NCBI GenBank assembly: GCA_964483625.1 | Contig: CAZABB010000004.1 | Span: 6,337-70,336 of the forward strand | Direction: 5' to 3' | Source of the DNA: an uncultured Planctomycetia bacterium | GTDB taxonomy: Bacteria; Omnitrophota; Gorgyraeia; Duberdicusellales; 4484-171 | DNA length: 64,000 bases | Part shown: positions 1 to 10,532 of the stretch, piece by piece | Layout: every line of letters begins with the position of its first letter | Position numbering within the stretch: the first letter of the stretch is position 1 | Made by a program: the position numbers and the translations under genes | Notes under the pieces: model-generated | What the model was told of the DNA's origin: nothing | Database searches by the model: none | The model's input: only the letters and a program-made list of their open reading frames with translations

Positions 1-149
1 AACCCGCTCAGTTTCATGCGAATGGAAGCCGCTTCGTTGATCCCGATAATGATCGGCAGAAGCTTGGTCCCGTCTTTTTCTTTCAAGACCACAATCTGCT
101 CTTTTTTCTGTTCATCGATAATAATACGCGATAATTCTACCTGGACCAT
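1..149 (-). CDS. Bifunctional nuclease family (DUF151) protein, 5' part only (runs off window)
   Basis: Manual translation MVQVELSRIIIDEQKKEQIVVLKEKDGTKLLPIIIGINEAASIRMKLSG has the DUF151-type 'VVL..LPI.IG..EA..I' pattern. Confidence 0.8.
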   Translation of the reverse strand, partial: MVQVELSRIIIDEQKKEQIVVLKEKDGTKLLPIIIGINEAASIRMKLSG

Positions 150-150
150 A

Positions 151-606
151 TTATTTTTTACTTAGCACATCCCTTAATTCTTTCATGAACTGATTTACAT
201 CCTTAAACTGCCGGTACACGCTGGCAAAGCGGACATAGGCAATCTCATCGATTTGTGAAAGTTTCTCGATCACCAGTTCTCCCACATGTTCGGCCGCAAC
301 CTCCTGGTCGAATTTCTTCTGGATGGAACTTTCCACCTCACTGACCAGTTGATCCAGACGTTCCATGCTGATCGGTCTTTTCTGACAGGCCCGCATCAGG
401 CCGTTCAGTATTTTCTCCCGATTAAACGGTTCCCGCCGGCCGTCTTTTTTAACGACCATCAGCGGTACTTTCTCGATATATTCATACGTCGTAAATCTCT
501 TACCGCAGCTGGTGCATTCCCGGCGGCGACGGATGGAAACCCCTTCCTGGGTTTCCCGCGAATCAATCACCTTATCGGAATTATTATGACAATAGGGACA
601 TTTCAT
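151..606 (-). CDS. nrdR: Transcriptional repressor NrdR
   Basis: MKCPYC...[18 protein letters not shown] zinc ribbon, ATP-cone, AYVRFASVY. Confidence 0.97.
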   Translation of the reverse strand: MKCPYCHNNSDKVIDSRETQEGVSIRRRRECTSCGKRFTTYEYIEKVPLMVVKKDGRREPFNREKILNGLMRACQKRPISMERLDQLVSEVESSIQKKFDQEVAAEHVGELVIEKLSQIDEIAYVRFASVYRQFKDVNQFMKELRDVLSKK

Positions 607-685
607 ATTTTTCCCTTCGGGAAATGATTACAGGATTAAAAAAGGATTCCAGTGATTTTCCTCATCACTGTAATCTCTCATATAC

Positions 686-1171
686 TCACCGTAATCTCTG
701 TTTGTATTTTTTCAGTTTTACCTTCGCTTCTTTTAAGAAACCCTTCGCCATATCATCAGGATAACTCTCACCGTAGACAACTTCTCTGATACCGGCATTG
801 ATGATCATTTTAGCACAAATACTGCAGGGCACACAAGTCACATACAGAACACTCCCCTCTACCGATACGCCATGCAGAGCCGCCTGCAGAAGCACATTCT
901 GCTCGGCATGGAGGCCACGGCACAATTCATGCCGCTGACCGGAAGGAACAGAGAGTTGTTCTCTCAGACAACCGGCAACCTCACAATGTGATACACCTGA
1001 AGGCGCGCCGTTGTATCCGGTGGCAAGAATTCTGCGGTTTTTCACCAATACCGCGCCGACACGACGGCGCAGGCAGGTCGAACGCTGACTCACCAGAGAA
1101 GCGGCTTCCATGAAATACTCATCCCATGCCGGCCTTTTTTTCTTAGTTGTCATCTTGGTCTTCACAGACAT
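686..1171 (-). CDS. dCMP/cytidine deaminase family protein (ComEB-like)
   Basis: [31 protein letters not shown] and PCSIC zinc-deaminase motifs. Confidence 0.92.
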   Translation of the reverse strand: MSVKTKMTTKKKRPAWDEYFMEAASLVSQRSTCLRRRVGAVLVKNRRILATGYNGAPSGVSHCEVAGCLREQLSVPSGQRHELCRGLHAEQNVLLQAALHGVSVEGSVLYVTCVPCSICAKMIINAGIREVVYGESYPDDMAKGFLKEAKVKLKKYKQRLR

Positions 1172-1180
1172 TTTTCTCCA

Positions 1181-2434
1181 TCAATCCATGGTTATTTCCG
1201 GATATAACGGAAAAGCGTCCACCAACTGAGCGACCGTCCGACGTACCTCATCCAGTTGTTCCTGATCGGCTTTGTGAGTTATTGCCTGGTCTATTGCCTG
1301 AGCCAGTTTCTCCATCTCTTCCTTCCCCATCCCCCGACTGGTAACCGCAGGGGTTCCGATACGTATACCACTTGTGACCAGCGGCGGCTGGGAATCGTAA
1401 GGAATAAGATTCTTATTCACCGTAATATTCACTTCTTCCAGAAGATGCGCGCATTCTTTCCCGGTAAGGCCTTTAGAACGCAGATCAACCAGAAACAGAT
1501 GGGTATCGGTACCTCCGGAGACGATGCGCAGTCCTTTTTGAGATAAACAATCGGAAAAATGGATCGCGTTAGCGACAAGATTTTTCTGATACGTTTTAAA
1601 TTCATCGGTTAATGACAATCCAAACCCGACTGCTTTAGCCGCAATGATATGCATAAGCGGCCCCCCCTGAATACCGGGGAATACGGCCGTATCGATCTTT
1701 TTGGCGAACTCTTTCCGGCAGAGAATAAATCCTCCCCGCGGTCCCCGCAGAGTCTTATGTGTAGTTGACGTTACAAACTCGGCGTATTCGACCGGATTAC
1801 AATAGATACCTGCGGCAACCATGCCGGCAAAATGGGCCATATCCACCATAAGATACGCCCCGACTTTATCGGCAATTTCCCGGAACCGGGCAAAATCGAT
1901 CGTCCGCGGATAGGCACTTGCTCCGGCAATAATCAATTTCGGTTTATGCGTAACTGCTAAGTGCAGAATTTCATCATAATCCAGCTGCTCACTTTCTTTA
2001 TGCACTCCATAGGAAATCACATTATAAAATTTTCCGCTGAAATTCAAGGGATGACCGTGCGAAAGATGCCCGCCGCAGGCAAGGTCCATCGCCAGGATCG
2101 TCTCGCCTTGAGCCAGCATAGCCAGAAGCACCGCCATATTCGCCTGAGTTCCCGAATGAGGCTGAACATTGGCGTGTTCGGCGCCGAATAATTCCTTTAC
2201 CCGGGCCCGGGCAAGATCTTCAGCTTCATCGATATACTGACATCCTCCATACCAGCGCGCTTTCGGGTATCCTTCAGCATATTTATTGGTCAAAGGTGAT
2301 GCCGCCGCCTCAAGCACCGCCAGCGGGGCAAAGTTTTCACTGGCAATCAATTCAATCTGATTACGCTGCCGGCTGATTTCATGCCTGACGCTCTGATACA
2401 CCTGGGAGTCTACTTTTTTGAGAATCTCATACAT
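1181..2434 (-). CDS. glyA: Serine hydroxymethyltransferase
   Basis: [34 protein letters not shown] (PLP lysine). Confidence 0.98.
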   Translation of the reverse strand: MYEILKKVDSQVYQSVRHEISRQRNQIELIASENFAPLAVLEAAASPLTNKYAEGYPKARWYGGCQYIDEAEDLARARVKELFGAEHANVQPHSGTQANMAVLLAMLAQGETILAMDLACGGHLSHGHPLNFSGKFYNVISYGVHKESEQLDYDEILHLAVTHKPKLIIAGASAYPRTIDFARFREIADKVGAYLMVDMAHFAGMVAAGIYCNPVEYAEFVTSTTHKTLRGPRGGFILCRKEFAKKIDTAVFPGIQGGPLMHIIAAKAVGFGLSLTDEFKTYQKNLVANAIHFSDCLSQKGLRIVSGGTDTHLFLVDLRSKGLTGKECAHLLEEVNITVNKNLIPYDSQPPLVTSGIRIGTPAVTSRGMGKEEMEKLAQAIDQAITHKADQEQLDEVRRTVAQLVDAFPLYPEITMD

Positions 2435-2876
2435 CTTCTTTCTCCTCTATCTTTTTTATTTTCCGCAGGCGGCGCAGATGCCGGCCTCCTTCAAAATCGG
2501 TCGTAAGCCATTTTTTTACGATCTTTCGTGCTTCTTCTCTCTTTAAGAACCCTGAAGCCAGAACGATGATATTACTGTTATTATGCTTACGGGTCAAAGC
2601 CGCAACCCTGACGCTTCCCACCAATGCCGCCCGGACTCCCTTAACCTTGTTTGCGGCGATTGAACTGCCCACTCCCGTATAACAGATCAACACGCCCCGT
2701 TCGACTTTCTTATCGCGTACTCCTTTGGCCAGAGCGTAGGAATAATCGGGATAATCGCAGGAATCCTGAGAATATGTCCCGTAATCAACGGTGACATGAC
2801 CGTTCTGGGTAGCCCACTCCATAAGGAAATTCTTCAGATTAAATCCGCGATGATCACACGCAAAACCTATCTTCAT
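2427..2876 (-). CDS. rpiB: Ribose-5-phosphate isomerase B
   Basis: [29 protein letters not shown]; start set at MKIGF. Confidence 0.93.
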   Translation of the reverse strand: MKIGFACDHRGFNLKNFLMEWATQNGHVTVDYGTYSQDSCDYPDYSYALAKGVRDKKVERGVLICYTGVGSSIAANKVKGVRAALVGSVRVAALTRKHNNSNIIVLASGFLKREEARKIVKKWLTTDFEGGRHLRRLRKIKKIEEKEDV

Positions 2877-2985
2877 AATAACCTTTCGAGTCACATGACA
2901 CACGTCACACGACACACGTAAAGAAATCCTGTTTCTGTTTCCCTTTCGACGTGTGACCTTGTGACTATGTGACTTTGTGACGTGT

Positions 2986-4047
2986 TTACAGCCATTCTCT
3001 CAATTCGACGACGGCGGTTTTGATCAGCTCATAGACTTTTTGATACACCTGACGGGGCTGACCGATGGGGTCCTGAATGTCCACCTCCGGACTCTTGGGT
3101 AAAAACTTGCTTAAGGGAAAGACACGGGCCCCGACCGTAGGCTCCAACTTTAATACGTAATCCTTCTGACTGTTTTCCATAGTAAAAATAAGATCGGCCG
3201 AAAGAAGCGTCTCGCGGTCAAGCCGGCAGGACGAGTGGTCGACCGCGCCGATTTCTTCTTCATGAAACAGGATATCGAGCACCGAATCCGACGCTCCTCT
3301 TCCTTCGGAAGCAGCAACGCCACAAGAAATAATTTCATACCGGTCGGCAAGTTGAGGATCGTATTCGAATAAATACTTCTTAAGGAGGTATTCGGACAAA
3401 ACCGAACGACAGGTGTTTCCCGTACAGACAAACACGAGACGTTTTTTGACGAACGTTTCCACGATTTCCCGCGTCGTAATCACCCCTTCCCGCAAGATTT
3501 TAAACGGATGATACGTAATATCAAGCACCGTTGACGGCTGACAATACCGGGAAACTCCACCATCAACAATCATATCTATCTGTTCATTGAACGAGCTTTC
3601 CACATCATCGGCACTGAAAGCTTCCTGCTGACCGGTCACATTGGCCGAGGGAAGATAAATCGGGTCGGTTAACCCAGAAAGAATCCGCTGCAGGATATCG
3701 TGAGCCGGGACTCGTACTCCCACCTTCTCATCCTTCTTATCATAAAATATCATCGTCAACGGCCCCGGCCAGAACCGTTCAATGAGGCGATACCCGTAAG
3801 GCGGTAACGTAGTAAAGATATTCAACGCCTGATCTACACTTCCCACCACAAGGGTAAACGGCTTACTCGTATCTCTCTGTTTTATCGTATACAATTTCTC
3901 AACCGCAGCCTTGTCCCGGGCCAGCGCTCCCAGCCCGTACACCGTCTCGGTAGGAAGAGCGACGATTCCACCGTGCAAAATCGTATCCTTAACTTCCTGA
4001 AAGGATGCCAGATCCGAACCCTGCGCGTTCAGCTGAACTCTTTTCAT
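2986..4047 (-). CDS. tsaC: Fusion: threonylcarbamoyl-AMP synthase (TsaC/YrdC) + low-MW protein phosphatase (YwlE-like)
   Basis: N-term PTETVYGL, K.R...KP, PGPLT, SAN motifs; C-term FVCTGNTCRS P-loop and DPIG. Confidence 0.9.
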   Translation of the reverse strand: MKRVQLNAQGSDLASFQEVKDTILHGGIVALPTETVYGLGALARDKAAVEKLYTIKQRDTSKPFTLVVGSVDQALNIFTTLPPYGYRLIERFWPGPLTMIFYDKKDEKVGVRVPAHDILQRILSGLTDPIYLPSANVTGQQEAFSADDVESSFNEQIDMIVDGGVSRYCQPSTVLDITYHPFKILREGVITTREIVETFVKKRLVFVCTGNTCRSVLSEYLLKKYLFEYDPQLADRYEIISCGVAASEGRGASDSVLDILFHEEEIGAVDHSSCRLDRETLLSADLIFTMENSQKDYVLKLEPTVGARVFPLSKFLPKSPEVDIQDPIGQPRQVYQKVYELIKTAVVELREWL

Positions 4048-4502
4048 TTTTTGAATTTTTTCTCTACTTGCCCCAGAGGTTTCTCATATTCTTTGTATTG
4101 CCCGGCAAGAATACGTAACGCAAAAATAATTCCGTTAATGAACCCCTTTTTACCGATACCGGTACTGACCAGACCGATCCCCTTAGGCACCTCGGCAATA
4201 GAAAGAAGGCTTTCTATCCCGTTGAGAGGCCCCCCTTCAAGCGGCACACCGATGACCGGGACATTCACATAAGAAGCGACAACACCGGGCAATGCCGCTG
4301 AAAGACCGGCACAGGCAATAATTACTTCAACTCCCCGGCGTTTAGCGTATTTACAAAACGTCCTCAACTCATCGGGATGACGATGGGCGGAAATGACCTC
4401 TAACGTATAGGGAACCCGGGTACTTTTCAGAAGATCAAACCCGTCCTGTAATTTCGTTTTATCCGATTTACTGCCCAGAATTATTGCGATTTTTGCCTTC
4501 AT
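4044..4502 (-). CDS. purE: N5-CAIR mutase
   Basis: GSKSD, SAHRHP, AGLSAALPG, PVIGVP. Confidence 0.93.
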   Translation of the reverse strand: MKAKIAIILGSKSDKTKLQDGFDLLKSTRVPYTLEVISAHRHPDELRTFCKYAKRRGVEVIIACAGLSAALPGVVASYVNVPVIGVPLEGGPLNGIESLLSIAEVPKGIGLVSTGIGKKGFINGIIFALRILAGQYKEYEKPLGQVEKKFKK

Positions 4503-4553
4503 AGTCCCCCCATTTTATACTGGTCTTTTCGAAATTGCAACCCTCAAGGCCCT

Positions 4554-5843
4554 CTACCGTGAGAGTAATTTTAAGCCCTTATCGCCGATATCATGCCGGA
4601 AATGCATCCCTTCAAAGCCGATTCGATCAACCCCCTCATACGCTCTTTCTTTAGACTGAGCCAGCGTATCCCCCAGAGCCACGACGTTCAAAACCCTCCC
4701 GCCTGAGGTAACGATGTCTCCGGTATCAGAACGTGTGGTACCTGCATGAAATACGTACGTATCCTTTTGAGAATCAATCCGTTCCAGCCCGGTTATGACG
4801 TTGCCTTTCTGGTAGGCTGCGGGATACCCGCCGGAGGCAAGTACCACCGCGATACAATACCGCGGATCCCAGAGGAGTTCGGTTTCTGCCAATCTTTCTT
4901 CGGCAGACTTGATCATTACTTCCAGCAGGTCTGATTTCAGTTTCGGTACAACTACCTGAGTTTCGGGATCCCCGAACCGGACATTGAACTCAAGAACATA
5001 GGGAATCCCGTCTTGAATCATCAACCCGGCATAGAGCACCCCTTTATACTTCTTACCCTGCCGCCTTAATCCTCCGATAAGCGGTGCGAAAATCTCGTTG
5101 ATGATTTTTTCATACATCGCCTCACTCACGACCGGAGCCGGGGCATACGCCCCCATCCCGCCGGTATTGGGCCCCTGGTCCTGATCGAATACCCGTTTAT
5201 GATCCTGTGATGCCACAAGCGGCAAAATTGTTTCTCCGTCGGTGATAACCAGGATCGATGCTTCTTCGCCGCTGAGCATCTCCTCAATCACAATCCGATT
5301 ACCGGCCGGACCGAATTGTTTTTTTCGCATAATCATATCGATCGCTTTTTGAGTTTCATCGCGGCTTTTAGCGATAATCACTCCTTTACCGGCAGCCAGT
5401 CCGTCGGCTTTGATCACGACCGGCATCGGTATCGTATTGATGTATGAAGACGCCGCATCGGCATCATCGAACACGGTAAAATCCGCGGTAGGAATGCTGA
5501 ATTCCCTTAACAATTCTTTCGTGTAAATCTTACTGCCTTCAAGCTGAGCCAGTTCTTTTGATGGCCCGAAAACAGAAATCCCCTCGGTCTCAAACAGATC
5601 AACGATCCCCTCGACTAACGGAACTTCCGGGCCGACGATGACAAAATCGATTTTTTCTTTTTGCGCGAAAGACAATAACGCATTCATATCATGCGCTTGG
5701 ATCGCGACATTTTCCCCCACCTGGCTTGTTCCGCCGTTTCCGGGTGCACAGTATATATTCTGGGCAAGGGCAGACTGGGCAATTTTCCACGCCAGACAAT
5801 GTTCCCGGCCGCCGGAACCGATAATTAAGACTTTTTTACCCAT
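4554..5843 (-). CDS. purD: Phosphoribosylamine-glycine ligase
   Basis: GSGGREH, LEGSK, KADGLAAGKGV, QDHKR, NTGGMG, EFNVRFGDPE. Confidence 0.98.
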   Translation of the reverse strand: MGKKVLIIGSGGREHCLAWKIAQSALAQNIYCAPGNGGTSQVGENVAIQAHDMNALLSFAQKEKIDFVIVGPEVPLVEGIVDLFETEGISVFGPSKELAQLEGSKIYTKELLREFSIPTADFTVFDDADAASSYINTIPMPVVIKADGLAAGKGVIIAKSRDETQKAIDMIMRKKQFGPAGNRIVIEEMLSGEEASILVITDGETILPLVASQDHKRVFDQDQGPNTGGMGAYAPAPVVSEAMYEKIINEIFAPLIGGLRRQGKKYKGVLYAGLMIQDGIPYVLEFNVRFGDPETQVVVPKLKSDLLEVMIKSAEERLAETELLWDPRYCIAVVLASGGYPAAYQKGNVITGLERIDSQKDTYVFHAGTTRSDTGDIVTSGGRVLNVVALGDTLAQSKERAYEGVDRIGFEGMHFRHDIGDKGLKLLSR

Positions 5844-6847
5844 ACAATTTTATTCGTTTTCGCTGAAGATTTCCCGATCGTTCCGATCACATACGTTTTA
5901 CAGAACTTCTCCATCACCCTCCGGCAGCGAGACACCGCGTCCTTTTTCACCACCATGACCATTCCGATCCCCATATTGAACACCGAATACATCTCTTTTT
6001 CCCTGATATTGCCTTTTTTCTGAATACGACGGAATATCTCCGGTACCGGCCAAGCGCTCTTATTCAGTTCCATCCGGTAGCCTGAGGGGATAATTTTTGT
6101 CGCTTTGGTATAAAACGCGCCGCCGGTTACATGCGCAATCCCTTTAACTCCATGCGGCTTACCCCTGGCGGCCGATAATACCGAAAGGACCGGTTTTACG
6201 TAAATCCTTGTAGGCGCAAGGATCTGGCGCGCGTATTTTTTCATCTCAAGGTTTGAGAACACTCCTCTGACCAGAGAGTAGCCGTTAGAATGGATCCCTC
6301 CTGAAGCAAGTCCGATAACGACATCTCCGGAGGTAATTTTCTTTCCGTCGATGATACGCTTCTTATCCACGATCCCCACGGCGAACCCGGCGAGATCATA
6401 TTCCCCCGGCTTATACATATCCGGCATTTCCGCGGTTTCCCCGCCTGAGAGCGAACAACCGGAATCTGTTAAGCCCTTTTTGATCCCCCGCATAATATCA
6501 CGTAAACAGCGGATATCCATTTTCCCGCAGGCAATATAATCCAGAAAGAAAAGAGGACGGGCTCCGATAGAGACGATATCATTGGTATTCATCGCCACAA
6601 GATCGATCCCCACGGTATGATGGATCCCCAGTTTCTGCGCGATCAACAATTTAGTTCCCACTCCGTCGGCTGAAGACACCAGATACGGATCCTTACAGGT
6701 ACGCACAAAGGGAGCCAGGGGAAAAAGTGAACCAAACGCCGCGACCGTTTGTTTACCTTGTGAGGGGAACATCCGTTTCAGGACAGATACGAAACGTTCA
6801 CCTTGCGAGATATTCACGCCGCATGATGTATAGGTTATGCGTTTCAT
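5825..6847 (-). CDS. purM: AIR synthetase
   Basis: DGVGTK, GIDLVAM, PLFFLDY, GGETAEMP, GIHSNGYS, FNMGIG. Confidence 0.97.
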   Translation of the reverse strand: MKRITYTSCGVNISQGERFVSVLKRMFPSQGKQTVAAFGSLFPLAPFVRTCKDPYLVSSADGVGTKLLIAQKLGIHHTVGIDLVAMNTNDIVSIGARPLFFLDYIACGKMDIRCLRDIMRGIKKGLTDSGCSLSGGETAEMPDMYKPGEYDLAGFAVGIVDKKRIIDGKKITSGDVVIGLASGGIHSNGYSLVRGVFSNLEMKKYARQILAPTRIYVKPVLSVLSAARGKPHGVKGIAHVTGGAFYTKATKIIPSGYRMELNKSAWPVPEIFRRIQKKGNIREKEMYSVFNMGIGMVMVVKKDAVSRCRRVMEKFCKTYVIGTIGKSSAKTNKIVWVKKS

Positions 6848-6853
6848 GACTTT

Positions 6854-7627
6854 TTATTTGAAATATTCCACGGCATTTTCCAATATCCTGCGGCCAAAGG
6901 GGATTCCCCTTTCCTTACCGTGCCAGAACGGATAATGATGCTGGTGAAAACATCTCTCCGGATGCGGCATAAGCCCCAGGATTCTACCGGTCTTATCGGT
7001 AATACCGGCAATATGATCCAAGGATCCGTTCGGGTTTTGGGGATAACCGGCATTATTGCCCTGCGCATCGGCATACTGTAACGCCGCCTGCCGCTGAGTC
7101 TTCATTGTATCCAAAATATCATCCTTTGCAAAGAACTTCCCCTCCCCGTGGGCAACAGGGAGCTGAATGACGGGGGGAAGTTTTTGAAGCCAGATCTTGC
7201 GAGCCGGATGGTCGGGATCCTGAGGAACGCGCAGATATACCCAGCGGTCTTCGAATCTTCCGGAATCATTGTCAGTCAACGTCACTTTCTGGATAAAATC
7301 AGCGTCGGGAAGAATCCCCGTTTTCACCAGGACCTGGAATCCGTTACAGATTCCGATCATCAATCCTCCCCCGGCTAAAAAAACCTGCAGCTGATCCTTA
7401 AACCATAACAAGAGTTCCAGAGAAAAAATCTTTCCCGCCCCCAGGTCATCTCCGTAACTGAATCCCCCCGGCACGCAGATAATCTGATACCCGCGAAGGG
7501 TTCTTTTCTCCTTCAGCGTATTGATATGCAAACGCTGACAATCGGCGCCAAGGGCCCCGAAGGCGGATTCAGTCTCCCGGTCACAATTAATTCCCGCTGT
7601 TCTTAATACCAGCACCTTAATGCTCAT
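6854..7627 (-). CDS. purQ: FGAM synthase glutaminase subunit
   Basis: PGGFSYGD, GICNGFQ, AHGEG, GLMPHPER. Confidence 0.97.
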   Translation of the reverse strand: MSIKVLVLRTAGINCDRETESAFGALGADCQRLHINTLKEKRTLRGYQIICVPGGFSYGDDLGAGKIFSLELLLWFKDQLQVFLAGGGLMIGICNGFQVLVKTGILPDADFIQKVTLTDNDSGRFEDRWVYLRVPQDPDHPARKIWLQKLPPVIQLPVAHGEGKFFAKDDILDTMKTQRQAALQYADAQGNNAGYPQNPNGSLDHIAGITDKTGRILGLMPHPERCFHQHHYPFWHGKERGIPFGRRILENAVEYFK

Positions 7628-10512
7628 ATCCGAAACTCCGCAAACGCCTCTAACCAGCTTTTCCTTAAGTCTCTGACCCCGCAGGTAACAACCGGGTCCC
7701 CGCCGGTGCCGTAGATAGTAACCTGCTCACCTTCGGAGACACATCCTATCAGTCCGTACGGCGTATCTCCCATCATGTTCTCAAACCTTTGCTTTTCTTC
7801 CTTTCTTACCTCGATAATAAATCGGGACGGGGATTCGGAAAACAAAAGTTCATAGTCAAGTATCTCGCCACCTTTAGGCATCTCCTTCAGGAACACATCG
7901 GCACCGTGTCCGGACCCCATACACATCTCGGCCACCGCCACCGCCATCCCGCCTTCGGAACAATCGTGACAGGCGCAAACCGGTCCGGATGAGATCGCCT
8001 CACTTACCTTCATAAATACCGAGTACGCACTCGTCTCCACCTTAGGTACCACCCCGCCGGTTACGCCTTGAGCGCGAAAATATTCCGATGCCCCCATATG
8101 AGATGTAGTCTTGCCTACCAGATAAATCAGGTTGGAGCCTGCGGTAAAATGACTTGGGATCGTCTTTCGCCAATCGTCGATAACCGATACCGCTGAGATA
8201 AGGAGTGTTCCGGGTATAGAAATACGTTTTCCCTCGACAATATATTCATTATATAGACTGTCTTTACCGGAAATAAAGGGAGTCTTGAATTGTGTGGCGA
8301 AATCATAGCAGGCTTCGCTGGCCCGTACCAGCCCGGCAAGAACCTTTTCATCGGTAGGCGCCCCCCAACTGAAATTATCCAGGAGGAACGTGGTTGAGAG
8401 GTTCCCACCGGAGGCAATGATATTACGCAGCGCCTCATCAATAGCCAGCGCTGCCATCCAGTACGGATCGATATCGGAATAGAACGGATTGATTCCCAAT
8501 CCGATCAGGACACCCTTCTCACTGTTCAGGTCAGGTCGCACGCAACTGGCATCGCCGACGGCCACGGTCTGATCCTGCATAAATGGTTTGAGGACCGACC
8601 CGCCCTGGACCTCATGATCATATTCGGTAATAATCCAGTCTTTGGGAGCGATATTAGGCGAGGAAAGCAATGTCTTCAGGTCACCGGTGTAATCGCTACG
8701 CTCCGAGATCTTTATATCCTTCTCTACCGGCGCGATCCATTCGGCTTTCTTCTTCAACCGCGGTATTTCAAATAAAAAATCAAGATCAAGGCAACACACC
8801 GGCTGACCCTCGTAAAAAAGGCTCAGTTTCTTATCTGAGGTCACCTCTCCGATCACGGTATACTCGACCTCTTCCTCCTCGAATATCTTCTTTATGTGAG
8901 CGAGCTTATTTTTTTGCGTAAAGAAAACCATCCGCTCCTGAGACTCGGAAATCCATATCTCGGTATACGTTAATCCGGCGTACTTCGAAGGCACCTTCTC
9001 CAGGTCGACTCTCACGCCGTGACCTTGAGCCAGTTCGGTTACCGCGCTGCTTAAGCCTCCCGCGCCGCAATCGGTAATGGCGGTAAACAGATTATCTTTT
9101 TGCGCCCGCAAGATCGCTTCGGTAAGCTTTTTTTCCTCAATCGGATTACCGATCTGTACCGCCTGAGTCAGAGTAATCGTCGTCTCATCCAGTTCCGTGG
9201 AAGAAAATGTCGCCCCATGGATACCGTCCCGTCCGGTCTTGGCCCCACAGACAATGACCACATCACCGGGATGCGCCTCTTTAAACGCTTTATCATGGGG
9301 CAGAATGCCCAGAGTACCGCAATACACCAGAGGATTTCCCAGGAACCGCTTATCGAACATGACCGCCCCGGCTACGGTGGGAATCCCCATGCGATTGCCG
9401 TAATCACGCACGCCGCGAACGACCCCCTTGATCACCCGGCGCGGATGGAGTAACCCCTTAGGGACTTCATCGTAGGCCATCTGCCACGGCGAAAAACAAA
9501 AAACATCGATCGACGCGACCGGACGGGCCGCGCATCCGGTACCTAAAATATCCCTGATGACGCCGCCGATACCGGTGGAAGCGCCGCCGTAAGGTTCAAG
9601 GCTTGAGGGATGGTTATGCGTCTCCACCTTAAAACAAAGATGAAAATCGTCATTAAACCGCACCACACCTGAATTATCTTCGAATACCGAGATGCAATCC
9701 TGCGAAGCGATTTCTTTCGTCGCTTTCATCACGGTTTCTTTAAGCAGGTTATTAATCGTTTTCTCTTCGATGACGTTTCCCTCCTGATCTTTGCCGGTAT
9801 AGTCGATCCTGCCGCGAAACGTCTTATGAGCGCAGTGTTCCGACCAGGTCTGAGCGATAGTCTCCAACTCACAATCGGTAGGGGAACGTTTGAGCCGACA
9901 GAAATAATCCTGGATGATCTTCATTTCATCAAGCGACAAAGAAAGACAACCCCGGCGGGATATCTCCTGAAGTTTCTCATCGGACGCGTTTTCTAACGGG
10001 ATTGTTTGTAAAGAAAACTCATATTTTTTACCGCTGAAAGCCTCAAGGGTAGAGAGATCTTTGACTTTTTCATAGGCGACGATATGTTCGATCAACGGAT
10101 TATATAACAGCTTTTCGGCAATCAGGCGGATCTCGTCCTCGCGTAAGCCGGAAAAGGTATATGCCCGCGCCGTACAGACACCTTCGGCGCCGAAAGAGAT
10201 ATCCCCGAGCGCTTTCTGAAACGAAAGAGCTACCGGGTCACATACTCCGGGATTATAGGTAATCAGGATATCACCGGGGGCGGGTTCGCGAGGGAAAAAC
10301 CCCTGACTGACGGTAAACTCCTCGAGGACCGGATCGATCAGCAGCCGACGGGCGACGTCGGTAATATCTGAAGATGCGGCATCGGACTCGATATAATATA
10401 CTTTATGCGAAGCAACATCGCACTCTTTCTTAATCCCAAGGTCTTTAATGTGCGAACGGACTCCGTTATCACTCGACCGCGTGTAAGAAAAAACATCGAT
10501 TCGCCAGATCAT
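7624..10512 (-). CDS. purL: FGAM synthase subunit PurL with N-terminal PurS-like domains
   Basis: WSEHCAHK, KVETHNHPS, DCGAGG, SESQERM, PFISGKDS; N-terminal 'LLIDPV' and 'LLYNPLIE' PurS-like repeats. Confidence 0.96.
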   Translation of the reverse strand: MIWRIDVFSYTRSSDNGVRSHIKDLGIKKECDVASHKVYYIESDAASSDITDVARRLLIDPVLEEFTVSQGFFPREPAPGDILITYNPGVCDPVALSFQKALGDISFGAEGVCTARAYTFSGLREDEIRLIAEKLLYNPLIEHIVAYEKVKDLSTLEAFSGKKYEFSLQTIPLENASDEKLQEISRRGCLSLSLDEMKIIQDYFCRLKRSPTDCELETIAQTWSEHCAHKTFRGRIDYTGKDQEGNVIEEKTINNLLKETVMKATKEIASQDCISVFEDNSGVVRFNDDFHLCFKVETHNHPSSLEPYGGASTGIGGVIRDILGTGCAARPVASIDVFCFSPWQMAYDEVPKGLLHPRRVIKGVVRGVRDYGNRMGIPTVAGAVMFDKRFLGNPLVYCGTLGILPHDKAFKEAHPGDVVIVCGAKTGRDGIHGATFSSTELDETTITLTQAVQIGNPIEEKKLTEAILRAQKDNLFTAITDCGAGGLSSAVTELAQGHGVRVDLEKVPSKYAGLTYTEIWISESQERMVFFTQKNKLAHIKKIFEEEEVEYTVIGEVTSDKKLSLFYEGQPVCCLDLDFLFEIPRLKKKAEWIAPVEKDIKISERSDYTGDLKTLLSSPNIAPKDWIITEYDHEVQGGSVLKPFMQDQTVAVGDASCVRPDLNSEKGVLIGLGINPFYSDIDPYWMAALAIDEALRNIIASGGNLSTTFLLDNFSWGAPTDEKVLAGLVRASEACYDFATQFKTPFISGKDSLYNEYIVEGKRISIPGTLLISAVSVIDDWRKTIPSHFTAGSNLIYLVGKTTSHMGASEYFRAQGVTGGVVPKVETSAYSVFMKVSEAISSGPVCACHDCSEGGMAVAVAEMCMGSGHGADVFLKEMPKGGEILDYELLFSESPSRFIIEVRKEEKQRFENMMGDTPYGLIGCVSEGEQVTIYGTGGDPVVTCGVRDLRKSWLEAFAEFRI

Positions 10513-10532
10513 GCAGGATAGGTCGGTTTAAC

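Noticed and set aside
7624-10512. PurS-PurL fusion as a novelty
   Set aside because: This architecture is already known in several bacterial lineages; ordinary housekeeping variation.
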